Both the position numbers and the translations under genes were made by a program. A stretch of DNA of 64,000 bases from the human T2T-CHM13v2.0 reference genome, Homo sapiens, in assembly GCF_009914755.1 (NCBI RefSeq), contig NC_060947.1; one strand, 5' to 3'. The notes beneath the pieces are model-generated. The model searched no databases and was not told where the DNA came from. It saw only the letters and a list, made by a program, of their open reading frames with translations. Shown here piece by piece: positions 1 through 16,097 of this stretch (position 1 is its first letter; each line of letters opens with the position of its first letter).

Positions 1-421
1 GACCTATCCATTTCAAAGGCCAAATTTCTTTCCGCTCCTATCCCCACTCTCAGAATGATTCAGCCTGGCTTCCCGGGATACCTCCTAGCACCAGGGCTAC
101 CCTATTTTATTTCCTCTTCGCCAGTGGTCGCTGAGGAAGGAGGTCTGGGTCACTGGGTATTCCTCTTCAGGCTGAAAGTTTCTCTAAGGTCCATTATACA
201 GATTTAAAATCAGAGAAATGGATTCCCCAACAATTCCATGTGCTACAAAGCTTCTCTGGGGGTGCACCCAGGAACTGTGAGAAGTGACCCACTGGATCAT
301 CCTGGGACAAGTCTCTACCTGTATCCGGATCTTGGCCTCTTCATTTGTATATTGAGGCAGGTAGGTATGACAATGTCTAGCAAGAGCACAGGGAGAGCAG
401 GGGTAGTGATGGGGGCTGGAA

Positions 422-719
422 TTTTTTTTTTTTTTTTTGAGACAGGGTCTCACTCTGTCACCTAGGCTGGAGTGCAGTGGTGCTGTCACTGTGTTCTCAA
501 CTTCCCAGGCTCAAGTGATCCTCCTACTTCAGCTTCCCAAGTAGCTGGGACTACAGGCGTGCGCCACCATGCCCAGCTATTTTTTTTTTTTTAATCTTTT
601 GTAGAGACAGTGTCTTACTATGTTACCCAGGCTGGTCTCAAACTCCTGCACTCAAGTTATCCTCCCACATTGGCCTCCCCAAGTGTTAGGATTACAGGCA
701 TGAGCCACCTCACCTGGCC
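422..719 (-). mobile_element. Alu (old, AluJ-like)
   Basis: Poly-T plus dimeric Alu; TSD TGGAATTTTT at 417-426 and 721-730. Confidence 0.92.
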
Positions 720-974
720 TTGGAATTTTTCGTATGCAAGGAGTTAGCCTAATTAGACCTCTCCTGTCTGGAAAGAGGATAAGGAGAAAAATTTGAATCC
801 ATAAATTCAGCATGAGCATGGAGACGGTAACCAGGGTCTTGGGCACCTAATTACTGGCATATATTAGTGACTCAAGAAACATTTATGGAAACATGAAAAA
901 AAATAAAGGAGTGGATAGATGTCAGAATAAGAAAACTAAGGGATATCCATTAAGGCTTGGAAGCAATGCTTTAC

Positions 975-1090
975 ATTAGAATAAAGGCCCTAAGGAGTGA
1001 AGTGATTTGCCCGGAATCACAGGGCTAGTTAAAGGCAGAGCCAGTACTTGAATTCCAGAGTTCTGATTTCTGGTCTAGAGTTCTCCCGAC
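975..1090 (-). mobile_element. MIR fragment
   Basis: AAGTGATTTGCCC...ATCACAGGGCTAGTTAAAGGCAGAGCC matches the MIR core. Confidence 0.7.
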
Positions 1091-2371
1091 TCCAATATGC
1101 AGCACAAAGCCCTTGAATATACGCTGGGAGGTTGGTAGAAGTTAGGCATCATTGGTCACCTCATGGTGAATCACTGCTAGTGCTGGCTGGAAACCAGTAC
1201 TTTTCCGGGGCTCCAGCATCCCCAGCCATCCATCCTAACTGCCTGCGGCGGAATTCCTCTTTGCATTGCTTGCGTCGTTCTACACGCTGGGGGTGCTGTT
1301 GTTTAACTAGTGGACTCATTTGCTCAGTTATTTTCCATTTGCATCATTGGGGGTGCCCTGATGTAGATTGGGGGCTGTTCAAACGTTTTCAGGTGTGACT
1401 AAACTTGGCTGCTAACCCCTCCTGGGCTTCTGCCCAAAATAACAGGCCACTGGTCCCTCAGGTACCTTCTCAGATCACTTAAAGATGAACTCTTAAGCAT
1501 TTGGGAATTGTGAACTCTGTTGAGAATCAGAAAACTGCAGATGCACGAAATGTGGCATTCAGGGGGTCTGCTGCTGCTGAACAGATCGTGGCCATGGATT
1601 AAAAACCTCTGCTTTTCTCGGACACGTTTTTAATCCTGAGAAAATGTGAACATAGAAACCATGTTAGGAATAATTGGCACACAGAATGACTGCATTTGGA
1701 GGAGCAACAACATTTCTACTGGAGAACAGGGCGGGACTACAATGGGTGGGGGGTGGGAGGATAGAGGATTTCAAATGCTTCAAAGGAAGTCTTTTCCCAG
1801 TGGTCCGTTCCATCTTTTGCGGAGAGTGCCAGAGGCACACATCTCAGAGAGTCGTGACTGTGTCATTATGTTCTCGTCAGCACAGATGATTCAGTCAATG
1901 TATAAGCAAGCACAGTTGCATTTTATACGACTTTCAAATCAGTTCATTTCCAAGTCAGAAAAATCTTCCAGCAAGTCTGATCACCACACACACAGGGCAG
2001 CAACCAGTTCTAGGGGCTTCACCTGTTAAGATGATTTGGCTTGTCTGCAAGTCATTTTCAGAGAACAAGAGAGACAATCTTCCCACTACTCTATAATTAG
2101 AGTGCTGGGGGCAGGCTGGGGGGAAGACAGCATGAACATGGAGCTCTCATTCTTATTCAGGAGCGTCTCTAATTCACACGGCCCTGGGGACTGCTTCAGA
2201 TGTAATATTCTCTCCACAAAGGATGGAAATCTTTTCTCTTAAAACGTCTCATCGCTGCAACTTTGCTGTAAGGCTTCATCGGATAAGTGTATAAAAAATC
2301 CAAAACTCACCTGTTTTCTTATTTCATCCAACTCTTTTGTGTTTATATAATTAAGCACACCCTGCTTGATT

Positions 2372-2405
2372 GGTGTGTGTGTGGGATGTGTGTGTTTGTG
2401 TGTGT
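2372..2405. repeat. Imperfect (TG)n microsatellite
   Basis: Direct reading. Confidence 0.75.
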
Positions 2406-3676
2406 AAATCTTAAAGGACTCAGAAGTTGGAGTGTTCGTGCGCTTATCACAGCTCCACGGACTCTATGTAATCATTTAGCTTCTTGAGGCTTTTGCTGCC
2501 CTGTGATTTTCAGAAGTGCAGTGTCTTCATCACTCTTTGAACCCCCACAATGCCTGAGGCAGGGAGGCAAACTACTGGACTTTTGGTAAATGACAATTTC
2601 ATTCTGCAACAATTGGGTGGGAATATTCCAGCTTCCAGAGGGTTCCCACTTTCCTGGTCTGTTAAATGGAACCAAGCCTACCTGCGTATCTTGTTGTGGG
2701 AGCTTCAGACTCTGCAGCAGTTAAAGCCTTCATTTTTGGTCTTTACTTAACCACCCATAAGCTTCTTGTTCTGTTCCCTGCTCTTCTCCCAGTCCTTGCC
2801 TTGCATCATTATTCTCTCTATACCTCAGACCTCTGCCCAACCTAAAGAGAAGCCTGTCTGGGGCCTTGCTTTGTTTTTCCCTGTGTTTCTAACCCCCAGA
2901 ATAGGGCCCGGAGCACGCAAGAGACTTGGGGCTGAATGAACGTAATTGACTTGCTTGGATTCCCTGCACAGGTGACTGGGATCAGATCATTTTCCTTCTC
3001 AGAGACCTAGTTGTCTCACTTGTACAAGAAGGGACTAACCTGGATGACTTCTGAAATCTTTTATTTTTGAGAAGAGGATTTCATAATTCTATGAATATTT
3101 TGTATTTTTCTATATTTATTCACTTATCACTTTCTTCTTTCCATTCTTTCTAGCACAGAGGAAGGGGAACAGCGAGAAACAACCCCCAAACAAGTGAACC
3201 CAAACACTAGTTCCTCTCTACCTTCCTAAAAATCATATTTTCTCTGTTGTACAATGGTTGTTTTTTTCCTATCTTATCAAGAGTCATCCGTTCAGGTGAT
3301 TTCAAGATGACTAATGGCCAAGTTGGTTGTTCATGCTGTACGCTCCTGCTGCTGGAACTGAGCACTTGAATGCTAATAATACTCTCCACGTCACCAATCT
3401 CATTTTTTTCTGACGTACTGACTGACCCCTGGCAAGCCACCCTGAGTCCATATGACTCCACTGCAAATTATCCAAGGGTTCAGACACTGGGGTTTGTCTG
3501 AAAATAGAGTGGGCTCCATTAGCTTAATACCAAGTATGACAGGTTCTGAATCAGCTTTTCTTGTCTAAAGGGAGTGCAGGTAATTTCCACCCCAACATAT
3601 ACTGAGCCAGGAAAGTCTACTAGCAGGGCCCTCTGAGCTTACATGTCTCCAGTACCAGATGTGGCCAAATGCTCTT

Positions 3677-3968
3677 ATTTATTTACTTATTGTTTTTGAG
3701 ATGGAGTCTTGCTCTGTCACCCAGGCTGGAGTGCAGTGGCGTGATTTCGGTTCACTGCAACCTCTGCCCCTCAGGCTCAAGCGATTCTCCTGCCTCCCAA
3801 GTAGCCGAGATTATGGGTGCCCCCCACCCCCTCACCACGCCTGGCTAATTTTTGTATTTTTAGTAGAGACAGGATTTCACCATGTTGGCCAGGTTGGTCT
3901 CGAACTCCTGACCTCAAGTGATCCACCGCCTCATCCTCCCAAAGTGCTAGGAGTACAGTGCCCAGCCC
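3677..3968 (-). mobile_element. Alu (AluS-like)
   Basis: Alu body; TSD CCAAATGCTCTTA / CCAGATGCTCTTA. Confidence 0.92.
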
Positions 3969-4439
3969 AGATGCTCTTACAATGGCCTTTGAACAACCAC
4001 TATATAGCTGTGAAAAGCCATCCTGAAAGAGGAAACTCTAAGATAGTTGTCACTTTGCCATTCGTAAACAACCATGAAATATATTTATGAACAAATAATG
4101 CAAGTATTTATCAAAAGAAAGGAAGAACAGACACTGCTTACTAGACCACAATATATGCAACAATGTTGACAGCATTACTGATTACAATTTGAAAGTATTT
4201 TATAGGAACCTGGTGTTCGTGTGGGTGTGAGGCGACAGAAAAAGGGAAAACTGGCACAACCAACTCAATCCCCATGAATTTATCCTCTAGACACTCACAC
4301 ACAAGGGGGCACACACAAAGATGTTAACTGAAGTGATAACTACCAGTGAAAAGCTGGAAGCAGTGTCTATGTCCGTGTAGATATAAATGATGATCCATTC
4401 ATAGTTGGGAATACCACAAGCCTGTTAACGAAACCAAGG

Positions 4440-4650
4440 TATCTAGCATTTTCTCTGTACCAGGCACTGTTCCAAGTGTTTTGTGTACATTAATTTATTT
4501 AATCCTTGTAGAAAGTTGTGAGATTGGTACTCACTTCCCAGATGAGCCAGCTGGGAGGAGAGAGGTTAAGCAATTGCCTAGAATCATGCAGCTGGTAAGT
4601 GGTAGAACCAGGATTTGAACCCATACAGTACGACTTCAGAGACTGTCCCC
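4440..4650 (-). mobile_element. MIR
   Basis: CCAGGCACTGTTCCAAG...AGAGGTTAAGCAATTGCC...GGATTTGAACCC. Confidence 0.8.
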
Positions 4651-4972
4651 TAAGGTGCTGCTGAGGAGCACTACCCGGGACAGCCTTCTCCCAGATGGCC
4701 AAAGGAAGACGGCAGAGGCTTTTTGGTAGGCGAAAGAAGCAAGTTACTTATCAGTGTGCAAAATAAGGTATCAGCTGGTTAAGAAAAAGGGTCTGTATCA
4801 TCCCCACGCATGGGCAGCCTCTGGAGGGACCCCAAATGGGATGCTAAACACTGTCCCTTCTGGGGAGGGGCAGTACGACAAGAGGATAGGGAGGTAGAAG
4901 GTTTTTATGTTTCACCTTACACTCTCTTGACTGTTGAAATTGTTCCCAAGAGATTTTTTAAAATTACGTTGT

Positions 4973-5280
<308 letters not shown>

Positions 5281-5305
5281 ATTATGTTGAACATTAAAAA
5301 TTCTT

Positions 5306-5426
5306 GGCCACGTATGGTGACTCATGCCTGTAATCCCAGCACTTTGGGAGGCTGAGGCAGGAGGATTACTTGAGCACAGGAATTCGGCCTGGGCAACATA
5401 GCAAGACCTTGTCTCTTAAAAAAAAA
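5306..5426 (+). mobile_element. Alu monomer (FLAM-like)
   Basis: Left-arm only with poly-A; TSD-like AAAAATTCTTG / AAAAAATCTTG. Confidence 0.8.
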
Positions 5427-5543
5427 TCTTGTTGGAAGAAAAAAGTCTTAACACAGCTTCTGAATTCAGAAATAGAGGTAAATTTAATTGGAGAAGCAGT
5501 GTGGGGCAGGAGAAAGAACAGAAAGAGCTTGGAGCTCTACCAC

Positions 5544-6128
5544 TGTATTAGTTAACTGTGGCCAGAAGTCTGAATTTAAGGTGTCAGCAGGGTCACGCTT
5601 TTTCTGAAGACTGTAGGGAAGAATCCTTGCCTCTCCCTAGCTACTGGTGGTGGCTATCAGTCCTTGTTATTCCTTGCCTTGCAGCTGCATCACTGCAATC
5701 TCTGTGCTTCCATCTTCATGTGGAGTTCTCCCCTCTGTGTCTCTGTGTCACTGCGTCTTCACGTGGTATTTTTTCATAAGGACACTAGGCATTGAATTTA
5801 GGGCCCAGTCTAATCTGGTATGACTTCACCTTCACATAAATAATAACATCTGCCAAGACCTTATTTCCAGGTAGACATGAAGTTTTAGGAGGACGCTCTT
5901 TATGTTGGTCAGATTGTGCTGCCATAACAAAATACCATAGAGTGAGTGGCTTAGACAACAGAAATTTATTTTCTTACAGTTTTGGAGGTTGGAGGTCAGA
6001 TAGTCTAAGATTAGGGTGCCAGCAGGGTCGGTGTCTGGTGAGGACTCTCTTTCTGACTTGTAGACAGCTGATTTTTTGCTGTTTCCTCACATGATCTTTC
6101 CTCTGCACATGCAGATTCCTTCTCTCTT

Positions 6129-6187
<59 letters not shown>

Positions 6188-6260
6188 TCTTCCTTTTCTT
6201 ATCAGAATACCAATACTATTGGATTAGGGCTCCACCCTTAAGACCGCATTTCATCTTTTA
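5544..6260 (-). mobile_element. Two adjacent MLT1-type MaLR LTRs (boundary near 5900)
   Basis: CCAGAAGTCTGAA...GGTGTCAGCAGGG and GCTGCCATAACAAAATACCATAG...CAACAGAAATTTATTTTCTTACAG are MLT1 signatures. Confidence 0.75.
6120..6190. repeat. (CT)n microsatellite
   Basis: About 25 perfect CT units at ~6134-6184. Confidence 0.95.
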
Positions 6261-6261
6261 A

Positions 6262-8167
6262 ATTTTTTTTTTAACTTTTATTTTAAGTTCGGGGGATATG
6301 TGCAGGATGTGCAGGTTTGTTACATAGGTAGACGTGTGCCATGGGGGCTTGTTGTACAGATTATTTCCTCACCCAGGTATTAAGCCTAGTACCCATTATT
6401 ATTTTTCCTGAGTTTCTCCCTCCTCCCTCCCTCCACCCTCCAGTAGGCCCCAGTGTGCATTGTTCCCTCTATGTGTCCATGTGTTTTCATCATTTAGCTT
6501 GCACTTACAAGTGAGAAAATGAGGTATTTCATTTTCTGTTCCTGTGTAAGTTTGCTAAGGATAATGACTCCAGCTCCATCCGTGTCCCTGCAAAGGATAT
6601 AATCTCCTCCTTTTTTATGACTGCATAGTATTCCATGGTATATATGTACCACATTTTCTTTATCTAGTCTATCATTGATGGGCATTTAGGTTGATTCCAT
6701 GTCTTTGCTATTGGGAATAGTGCTGCAATGAACATAGGCATGCATATGTCTTTATAATAAAATGATTTATATTCCTCTGCATATATACCCAGTAATGGGA
6801 TTGCTGGGTTGAATGATATTTTTGTCTGTAGGTCTTTGAGGAATTGCTGCACTGTCTTCCACAATGGTTGAACTAATTTACACTCCCACCAACAGTGTAA
6901 AAGTGTTCCTTTTTCCCCACAACCGTGCCAGCATCCGTGATTTTTTGACTTTTTAGTAATCGCCATTCTTACTAGTGTGAGATGGTATCTCATTGTGCTT
7001 TGGATTTGCATTTCCCTAATGATCAGTGATGTTGAGCTTTTTTGCATATGCTTGTTGGCTGCATGTATGTTTTCTTTTGAGAAGTGTCTGTTCATGGCCT
7101 TTGCCCACTTTTTAATGGGGTTTTGTGTTTTTTTCTTGTAAATTTGTTTAAGTTCCTTATAGATGCTGGATATTAGACCTTTGTCAGATGCATAGTTTAC
7201 ACAAATTTTCTTCCATCTTGTAGGTTGTTTGTTTATTCTGTTGATAGTTTCTTTTGCTATACAGAAGCTCTTTAGTTTAATTAGATCTCGTTTGTTAATT
7301 TTTGCTTTGTTGCACTTGCTTTTGGTATTTGCATCATGAAATCTTTGGCCATGTCATGAATAGCATCGCCTAGGTTTCTTCTAGGGTTTTCATAGTTTTG
7401 GGTTTTACATTTAAGTCATCTTGAGTTGATTTTTGCATATGGTGTAAGGAAGGAGTCCAGTTTCAATTTTCTGCATATGGCTAGCCAGTTATCCCAGCAC
7501 CATTTATTAAATATATGGAATCCAATCTTTTCCCCATTGCTTGTTTTTGTCAAGTTTGTCAAAGATCAGATGGTTGTAGATGTGCGGTCTTATTTCTGGG
7601 TTCTCCATTCTGTTCCATTGGTCTATATGCCTGTTCTTGTACCAGTACCATGCTGTTTTGGTTACTGTAGCCCTGAGTATGGTTTGAAATCAGATAGCAT
7701 GATGCCTCCAGCTTTGTTCTTTTTGCTTAGAATTGCCTTGGCTATTCAGGCCCTTTTTTGGTTCCATATGAATTTTAAAATAGTTTCTTATAATTCTGTG
7801 AAGAATGTCTATGGTAGTTTAATGGGAATAGCATTGAATGTATAAATTACTTTGGGCAGTATGGGCATTTTTCCATTTGTTTATGCCATCTCTGATTTCT
7901 TTTGCACAGTGATTTATAATTCTCCTTGTAGAGGTCCTTCACTTCCCTTGTTAGCTGTATTCCTAGGTATTTTATTCTTTTTGTGGCAATTGTGAATGGG
8001 AGTTCATTCATGATTTGTCTCTCTGCTTGTCTATTGTTGGTGTGTAGGAATGCTTTTGATTTTTGCACATTGATATTGTATCCTGAGACTTTGCTAAAGT
8101 TGCTTATCAGCTTAAGGAGATTTTGGGCTGAGAGGATGGGATTTTCTAGATATGGGGTCATGTCATC
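6262..8167 (-). mobile_element. 5'-truncated L1PA-type LINE-1 (3' UTR and ORF2 C-terminal part)
   Basis: - strand ORF remnants ([40 protein letters not shown]); poly-T at 6263. Confidence 0.93.
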
Positions 8168-8539
8168 CCATTTTCCTGTGCAGGTCAAGTGCACTAGGCA
8201 CAAACACTGGACAAGAGTATGTATTTTGGTGGCATGCCCATGCCATCCCTACCCGGCTAAGCCTTCCTTTGGTTTCTTGCTGTCAGTGAGAGTATGCTCC
8301 CTTTTGTTTTGCTAACACAGTCAACCTCTCTGTTGCACAGGACTACAGGGTTCCACCTTGGTCAATGAAAAGTGCCTAAAACCACTACCACAGTCAATGC
8401 CCAGGAGCATTTCTAGGTTGGAGGCCAGGCCAAAGTCCTGATATGGCAGCTTGTGAGTTATCCTAGAGAGGTGCAAAGGAAGTTAACCTGGCTGTAGGGG
8501 GGACATGTGGCCCAGCTCTGATACCTGATTAGAACAGCT

Positions 8540-8780
8540 GGCATCTACTGAGTGCTAATTTTTGTCAGGCTTGGTTTGGAGAGATTTCCAATTATTATTT
8601 TCTGTATTCATAATGACAATCCCATATTGTTGCATTAGTTGTGTCATTATCCCTTTTTTTTAGGTGAGGAAAACAGTAGCAAAGAGAGGTGAAGGGACAT
8701 GTCCAAACTAACATGACTCTTATATGGTAGCTCCAGGAAGTAAAATCGAGGCATCCAGCCTTCGGAATCCATCCTCTGAA
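8540..8780 (-). mobile_element. MIR
   Basis: TAGGTGAGGAAAACAG...AGAGAGGTGAAGGGAC core. Confidence 0.6.
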
Positions 8781-10694
8781 AAGGGCTCTAGAATAGGCTC
8801 TTCCCAGGAGCTCCCTAGAAGGCTGGTCTGCACAGGCTTGGCCTGCCTCCCTCCACTGGGACAGCTACATTCATCCCTTTTCCCCTGACTCAGTCTCCTC
8901 TTCTCCCCATTTCCCCTCCTGGCTTCTTATGCTGGCCCAGCCTCACCTCACTTCCCAGCCCCTCATCTTGCCAGATGCATGAGTCCCTTTGCTTCTCTGC
9001 CGTGACCTCCCATAAATGCAGCTGTCCCCTGGGGCCCTGCACCTAGGGACTCTGCTCTGCTCTCAAGAACTGTGGGCCAGAAGCACAGCCTCTTCCCTCC
9101 CAATCTCCATGGGACTTCTCAGCTCTCAAGCCCTCTGGGTTTTCCCAGCCTGGCTTGTAGTCCCCACCCAACTGCTCCTCCCTTGCCACGGACCCCAACA
9201 CAGAATTTTCAATTGGCACAGGGAAGCCACATGCAGGGCCCTGGCTACTGCCCTTGCAGTGTTCTTCTCTTTCCAGTCCCTGGCGCTGAGAAATTTCCCT
9301 TGGTGCCTACTTCCTGGCAGCTTCCCTCCATCCCTCTGTCACCTAGCACTGCCTGAGTACTGCCTTGTGTCTTATCACCTGATTGCACTTGTTATGTATT
9401 CACACTGCAAAGCCTCGGCTGGCCTCGCAACTTCTCCATAATCCTTGTGTTCATTACCTGCACCTTGCCTACAGCTGACTTTTTACATCTCTTCCCCCTC
9501 AGGCCAGGCAGGGTGCTAAGACTGGCAAAGGGCATGGTGGTGGTGTCTGAAATGCCTTCCTTTCTTTCCCCCCTTTCTTACAGGCAGGCTCCTCCATCTC
9601 TCACTCTCCGTCACCTTCAAGGCCTGGACTTTCTCTGGGCACATCAGTTACTCCATCTTGAAAGTAGCTCAGGTATACTGTCCACAAGTCTAGCTCTTCC
9701 ACAGCACAGTGTGGAGGCCACACCTCTGATTTAAGGTAAGGTTTATCATAACTCTTCACAGTCTTAAACTCAGGTAAAACTGCACTTAGCACTTGGCAGG
9801 AGTGGCCCTTGCCCTGGGACCTGCCCTTTAAGGGGTGGCAAGGCTGGAGGAGGGCCAGAGCAATATCTGTTAAAGTGAATGACTCATGGCAGGGTCAACG
9901 AGTCCAAAGGATCAAGAGGTTGCACTAGACCAGAGCTGATACCTCTCCCCGCACTTCTAGACCATGCTTTAGTTGCCCAGGACTGAAGAATTCCCTGTCC
10001 ATACTGCCCCTCGCCTGCTTTTAGGTACATCTTCCTGAAGGTGAACTGAGACATTGACAACGTGCAAGATGTGGCCAAGTGGTGGCTGTTTGTGGGGAGT
10101 TTGGCCAACGTGTGGATGTGCATGCTCAGGTGTCCACAAGCATGTAAAGGGAGCCCCTCACAGTGTTGGATAGAGTGGTAGTGGGAAGAGAAAGGGAGTA
10201 GCCTCAACCAGGAGCTGGGGGATGACTATCCAAGTTCAAGAGTAGAACTCTGAAGAGTCTAAGAATTTTAAATTTGGACCTACCCTTTTGGTCATTAGGA
10301 AGTTATAATTGCAAAGCTAGGAGAATAGAGCACATTTTTATTTAACGTCTTGTTACCTTCATTAAAACTTAAATATTTAGACATACAGCACATGGCCCTC
10401 CATTTTTTCTTTTGTCCTGGGCCCCACAAATGTTAGGGTGGATATGGACTCAGGAGTCAGCTCTCATTTCACCAGCCAACCTGTCCTGCCATTCTGACTT
10501 CCTGTTTGGCTTCATGCTATTTGGAGAATATTTTTTATGACTCTTCTCTGAGGAGGTGGCAGTGGGGGCAGAATGAAGGGAAGTCTTTAGAATCAAGAGG
10601 GCTCTTGGAAACCATTTGCTTCACTTTCATATGCACTCTGACTCCAAGATTGCGTAGATGGAAAACACTAAAGTCGATTTTCTATAACTGCAGG

Positions 10695-10895
10695 CTACTA
10701 CTGTAGCCAGGAGCCACATGTGGCTATTTAACTCTAAGTCTAAATTAATTAATAATTAAATACAATTTAAACATCACTTCCTCAGTTGTACTACCCACAT
10801 TTCAAGTGTTCAATAGCCACAGGCAGCTAGTGGCTACCATATTGGAGATAGAGAGCACTTCCATCATCACAGAAAGTTCTGCTGGACAGTGCTGG
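10695..10895. mobile_element. MER3-like hAT-Charlie DNA transposon
   Basis: AGCCACATGTGGCTATT...CACATTTCAAGTGTTCAATAGCCAC...CATCACAGAAAGTTCTGCTGGACAGTGCTG. Confidence 0.8.
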
Positions 10896-11799
10896 GTTAG
10901 AAATCAGGCCTAAGTCATCCTGAGAGTGCTACAGATATATGTTATCTCTCAATTCTTTCTGAAAAACCATTACCAGAAATGAATAACATGTCTTTTCTTC
11001 AATTTGAGCATAAACTGCTGTTTATTTTTCCTAAACAATCACATATCACATAAGAAAAATTAAGCTAGTGAAAAATGGGCAGTGTATCTTGGAACTTTAG
11101 ACACAAAAATAAAAGACTGGTGGAAAAAACTAGTTTCTTTCCCCTCACCATCAACATTTCACAGTGGTTTGATTTTGGATCCTATACAAGATACTAAATT
11201 ATAAAAGGATATATCCCATAATTGCTACAGAGTACTGAAGATACACGATTCATTTGCTGGGAATTAATTTTTCCAGATGGCCTTCTTAATATATCTCTGT
11301 GTCAAATAGGATATCACACTGTGATCTAAAGAAGGAACCAGTGCTGTGATTCTTTTGCTAATCCTCTTTTTGACATAGCCCCAGGTAAGGTTACTAAATA
11401 CTTCTGCTTAAACCCACAGTCCCACACAAGATGGAGGTCTAGGACAAAGCATTTGGTCACACATCACACACAGCTAAATAAAAGCTGCTGAGCCCCAAAG
11501 GGCATTTGCTTCTCTAAGGGAGTCTCTTTCTCCAGAATAGAGCATTAAGTATTGTTGTTTGGAACTGGTGTGGTCCTACTAAGCTTTCATAGAAATTATT
11601 TACTATCATTTCCATTCCTGAAAAGATCTTCAAAAATATGAAATTCTAAAAACTTAGAGCTGGAAATGCTTCTAGAAGTCATATACTGAAGTCTGCAGAG
11701 TCAAGGCCATTTGTTCAAATTGAATAGCGTGAAAAATAGAGATCACATCCTTTAAACTTGAGTTCAGTTGCCCATTGACATGTTGGTGAGAGGAAAAGA

Positions 11800-12350
11800 A
11801 GCAGCTGGAAAATAAATGGCCAGAGGGGTAAGCAGAGATTCAAGAGAGTATGTTGTCATGTAAGCAAACAAAGAGAAGAGAGTGTTTCAAGAAGGGAATG
11901 GTTAATCTTATCATATACTGTGGAGATGTCAAAGAAGATGACTAATGGAAAATATTCATTGAATTTAGCAACATAGAGGTGGTTTTTGAGTGACCTTGCC
12001 AAAGTCAGTTTCAAAAGAGTGGTGGAGATGAAATCCAGGTTATAGTGGCCTGAAGAGTGAAGAGGGCTACCATGTAAAGATGATAGACTGAGTGCTTAGG
12101 TTTATCTTTAAGCCCTATTGAGATGCCACTAAGAATAATAAAAGGGAAAAAGTGTAAATCAAGGATCACAAAGAGAACATGAGATATTCTCATAGAGAGA
12201 TTTCAGTGACTGTTTGCAGGGCATAATGCAGATGAAAGAGTGGCAACTGACAAATAGAAATGAAAGGAGCTGTCTGCTGGAGTATATGAAGAACGGGCTG
12301 TTAAGGAGGGAACCAGTTTTATGGAAGAGCCCTAAAGACAATCAGGATTT
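11800..12350 (-). mobile_element. L2 fragment
   Basis: AGAGTGTTTCAAGAAGGGA...CATTGAATTTAGCAACATAGAGGT...GTGACCTTG is typical of antisense L2. Confidence 0.65.
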
Positions 12351-12914
12351 GGAGATCCAGAGGACAGGAGAGAGATGGGAGGCTGAAAAAAATCAGGGAA
12401 AGGAATGGTTTGGAAGTCTGTACATAGTGCAGTTGGACCATGCACTCCAGAATATAAGTCCGTTTTCTGGTGGTGAGAACTCTCTTCATAGAAAATGAAA
12501 TGGATTGAGGACTTCCAATTCTAGGAATATGGCAGGCTAGGTTAATTGGGCCAATTCATCTGCTGAAAACAACCAGAGAAGTTAGACAGAATACATATTT
12601 TAAAAATCTTAGAAGCACACAATATCTGAAACAGAGAATGAAATTACAAGTCTGAAATCTAAGGAAACATGATAGCTCACAAAGTTTCATGGAATAAAAC
12701 ATTTGCTTTGAGGGTATCCTGGCAAACTTGAACTTAGGATTTGACAGCCTCATGGGGCAAGGGGTTCAGAAGCCAAAGGCTGGAGGGAAGCGTCTGTTAG
12801 GAGATTTTCCCTCATAATACACTGGGACCCCAATATAAAGCTATAACCTCAGGGTAGAGGTAAAACAAAAGTCAACCTGCCCCCTCCTAGGTGACTGCAA
12901 GATCCAGAGGACCT

Positions 12915-14420
<1,506 letters not shown>

Positions 14421-15082
14421 AAGCAGCCCAAGAATAGCTGTTGGTAGCCAGCCTGAAAAGAGAGGCTTGGTTGTCTTGGCAACAAGAAAAACAGCCCAAA
14501 TATTCCCAGATATTTGACCAACTGACTCCTACTCAAAGGCAAGGTCAAAGGGATGCTTAAGGGTATGTTCCAAGTTCCCTCACCCGTCTCCACGTGGGAG
14601 TTGGTGGAGCAGTGCTTGCAGTAGAGGAAGGCATGCGTGCCCAGCCAGCCTTTTGGCTCAGCTTTTGAGGCACAGCAGCACTACCAGGACCTCAGCGTTT
14701 CACACCAGGGCAGCTGGTGCAAAGAAAACTGGGTGGAGCTAAGACTACCTTCCGGGACCTGGATAAGACCTGAGATCCTGGGGCTTTCTCTGCCAGCTTA
14801 AGCCCAGGGAAAGCATTCAGCTAGTCAGTTACATCCCAGAGTAAACCATCCCCCTATCATGCTGACCACAAGCCCAGCTCCTGGGTCTATCCTCACTGGG
14901 AATGGACACGAGAGGGAGGAAGTTTGAGGAAAGAGAAGACGTGCCTGATAGGAAAGATGGCTTCTTCTCTCAGAGCCTCTGTTCCCTCATAACAATGCCA
15001 ATGATCTTACTGGGTTTCTGTGAGGAATAAATGACATGAGGCACTGTGTGTAACACACAGATGCTATTGAAAAAGAGCAGCT

Positions 15083-15475
<393 letters not shown>

Positions 15476-15728
15476 TCACACATGGAGGGCAGCTGAATTC
15501 TGCCTCTCTGGAGATCCAGAAGCCTTCCTTCTCCAATGCAGTAGAATGTGACAGCAAGGAAGGAGTGAAGGAAAGGGTTTGGTGATCACCTCAAAATCCT
15601 TTCCAATCAAACTACTTGAGTTTTCTGTGAAAGCCAAAGGACATCTCCAAGTGGAAGGAAAGTCATAAGAATGTGTTTTTTTATTTTTTTGTTTGTTTTT
15701 TCATTTTAGAAAATGTAATGTGTCACAG

Positions 15729-16097
15729 TGATATGGTTTGACTCTGTGTCCCCACCCAAATCTCATCTTGAATTGTACTCCCATAATTCCCATGTGTTGT
15801 GGGAGGGACCTGGTGGGAGATAATTGGAATCATGGGGGCGATTTCCCCCATACTGTTCTCATGGTAGTGAATAAGTCTCACGAGATCTGATGGTTTTATC
15901 AGGGGTTTCCGCCTTTACATCTTCCTCATTTTTCTCTTCCCATTTTTCTCTTGCTGTCATCATGTGAGAAGTGGATTTCACCACCCACCATGATTCTGAG
16001 GCCTCCCCAGCCATGTGGAACTGTAAGTCCAATTAAACCTCTTTATCCTCCCAGTCTCGGGTATGTCTTCATCACACAGTGAGAACAGAAAGCAGAC
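15729..16097 (+). mobile_element. THE1 MaLR solo LTR
   Basis: TGATATGGTTTG...TGTGTCCCCACCCAAATCTCATCTTGAATTGTA...AAGTCCAATTAAACCTCT. Confidence 0.88.

Noticed and set aside
3659-4090. Alu-derived ORFs (here and at 13819, 15170, 20970, 55111, 61116)
   Set aside because: Standard Alu translation products ([17 protein letters not shown]), not genes.
9016-9441. 141-aa ATG ORF in pyrimidine-rich unique sequence
   Set aside because: No domain, splice or promoter support; composition-driven.
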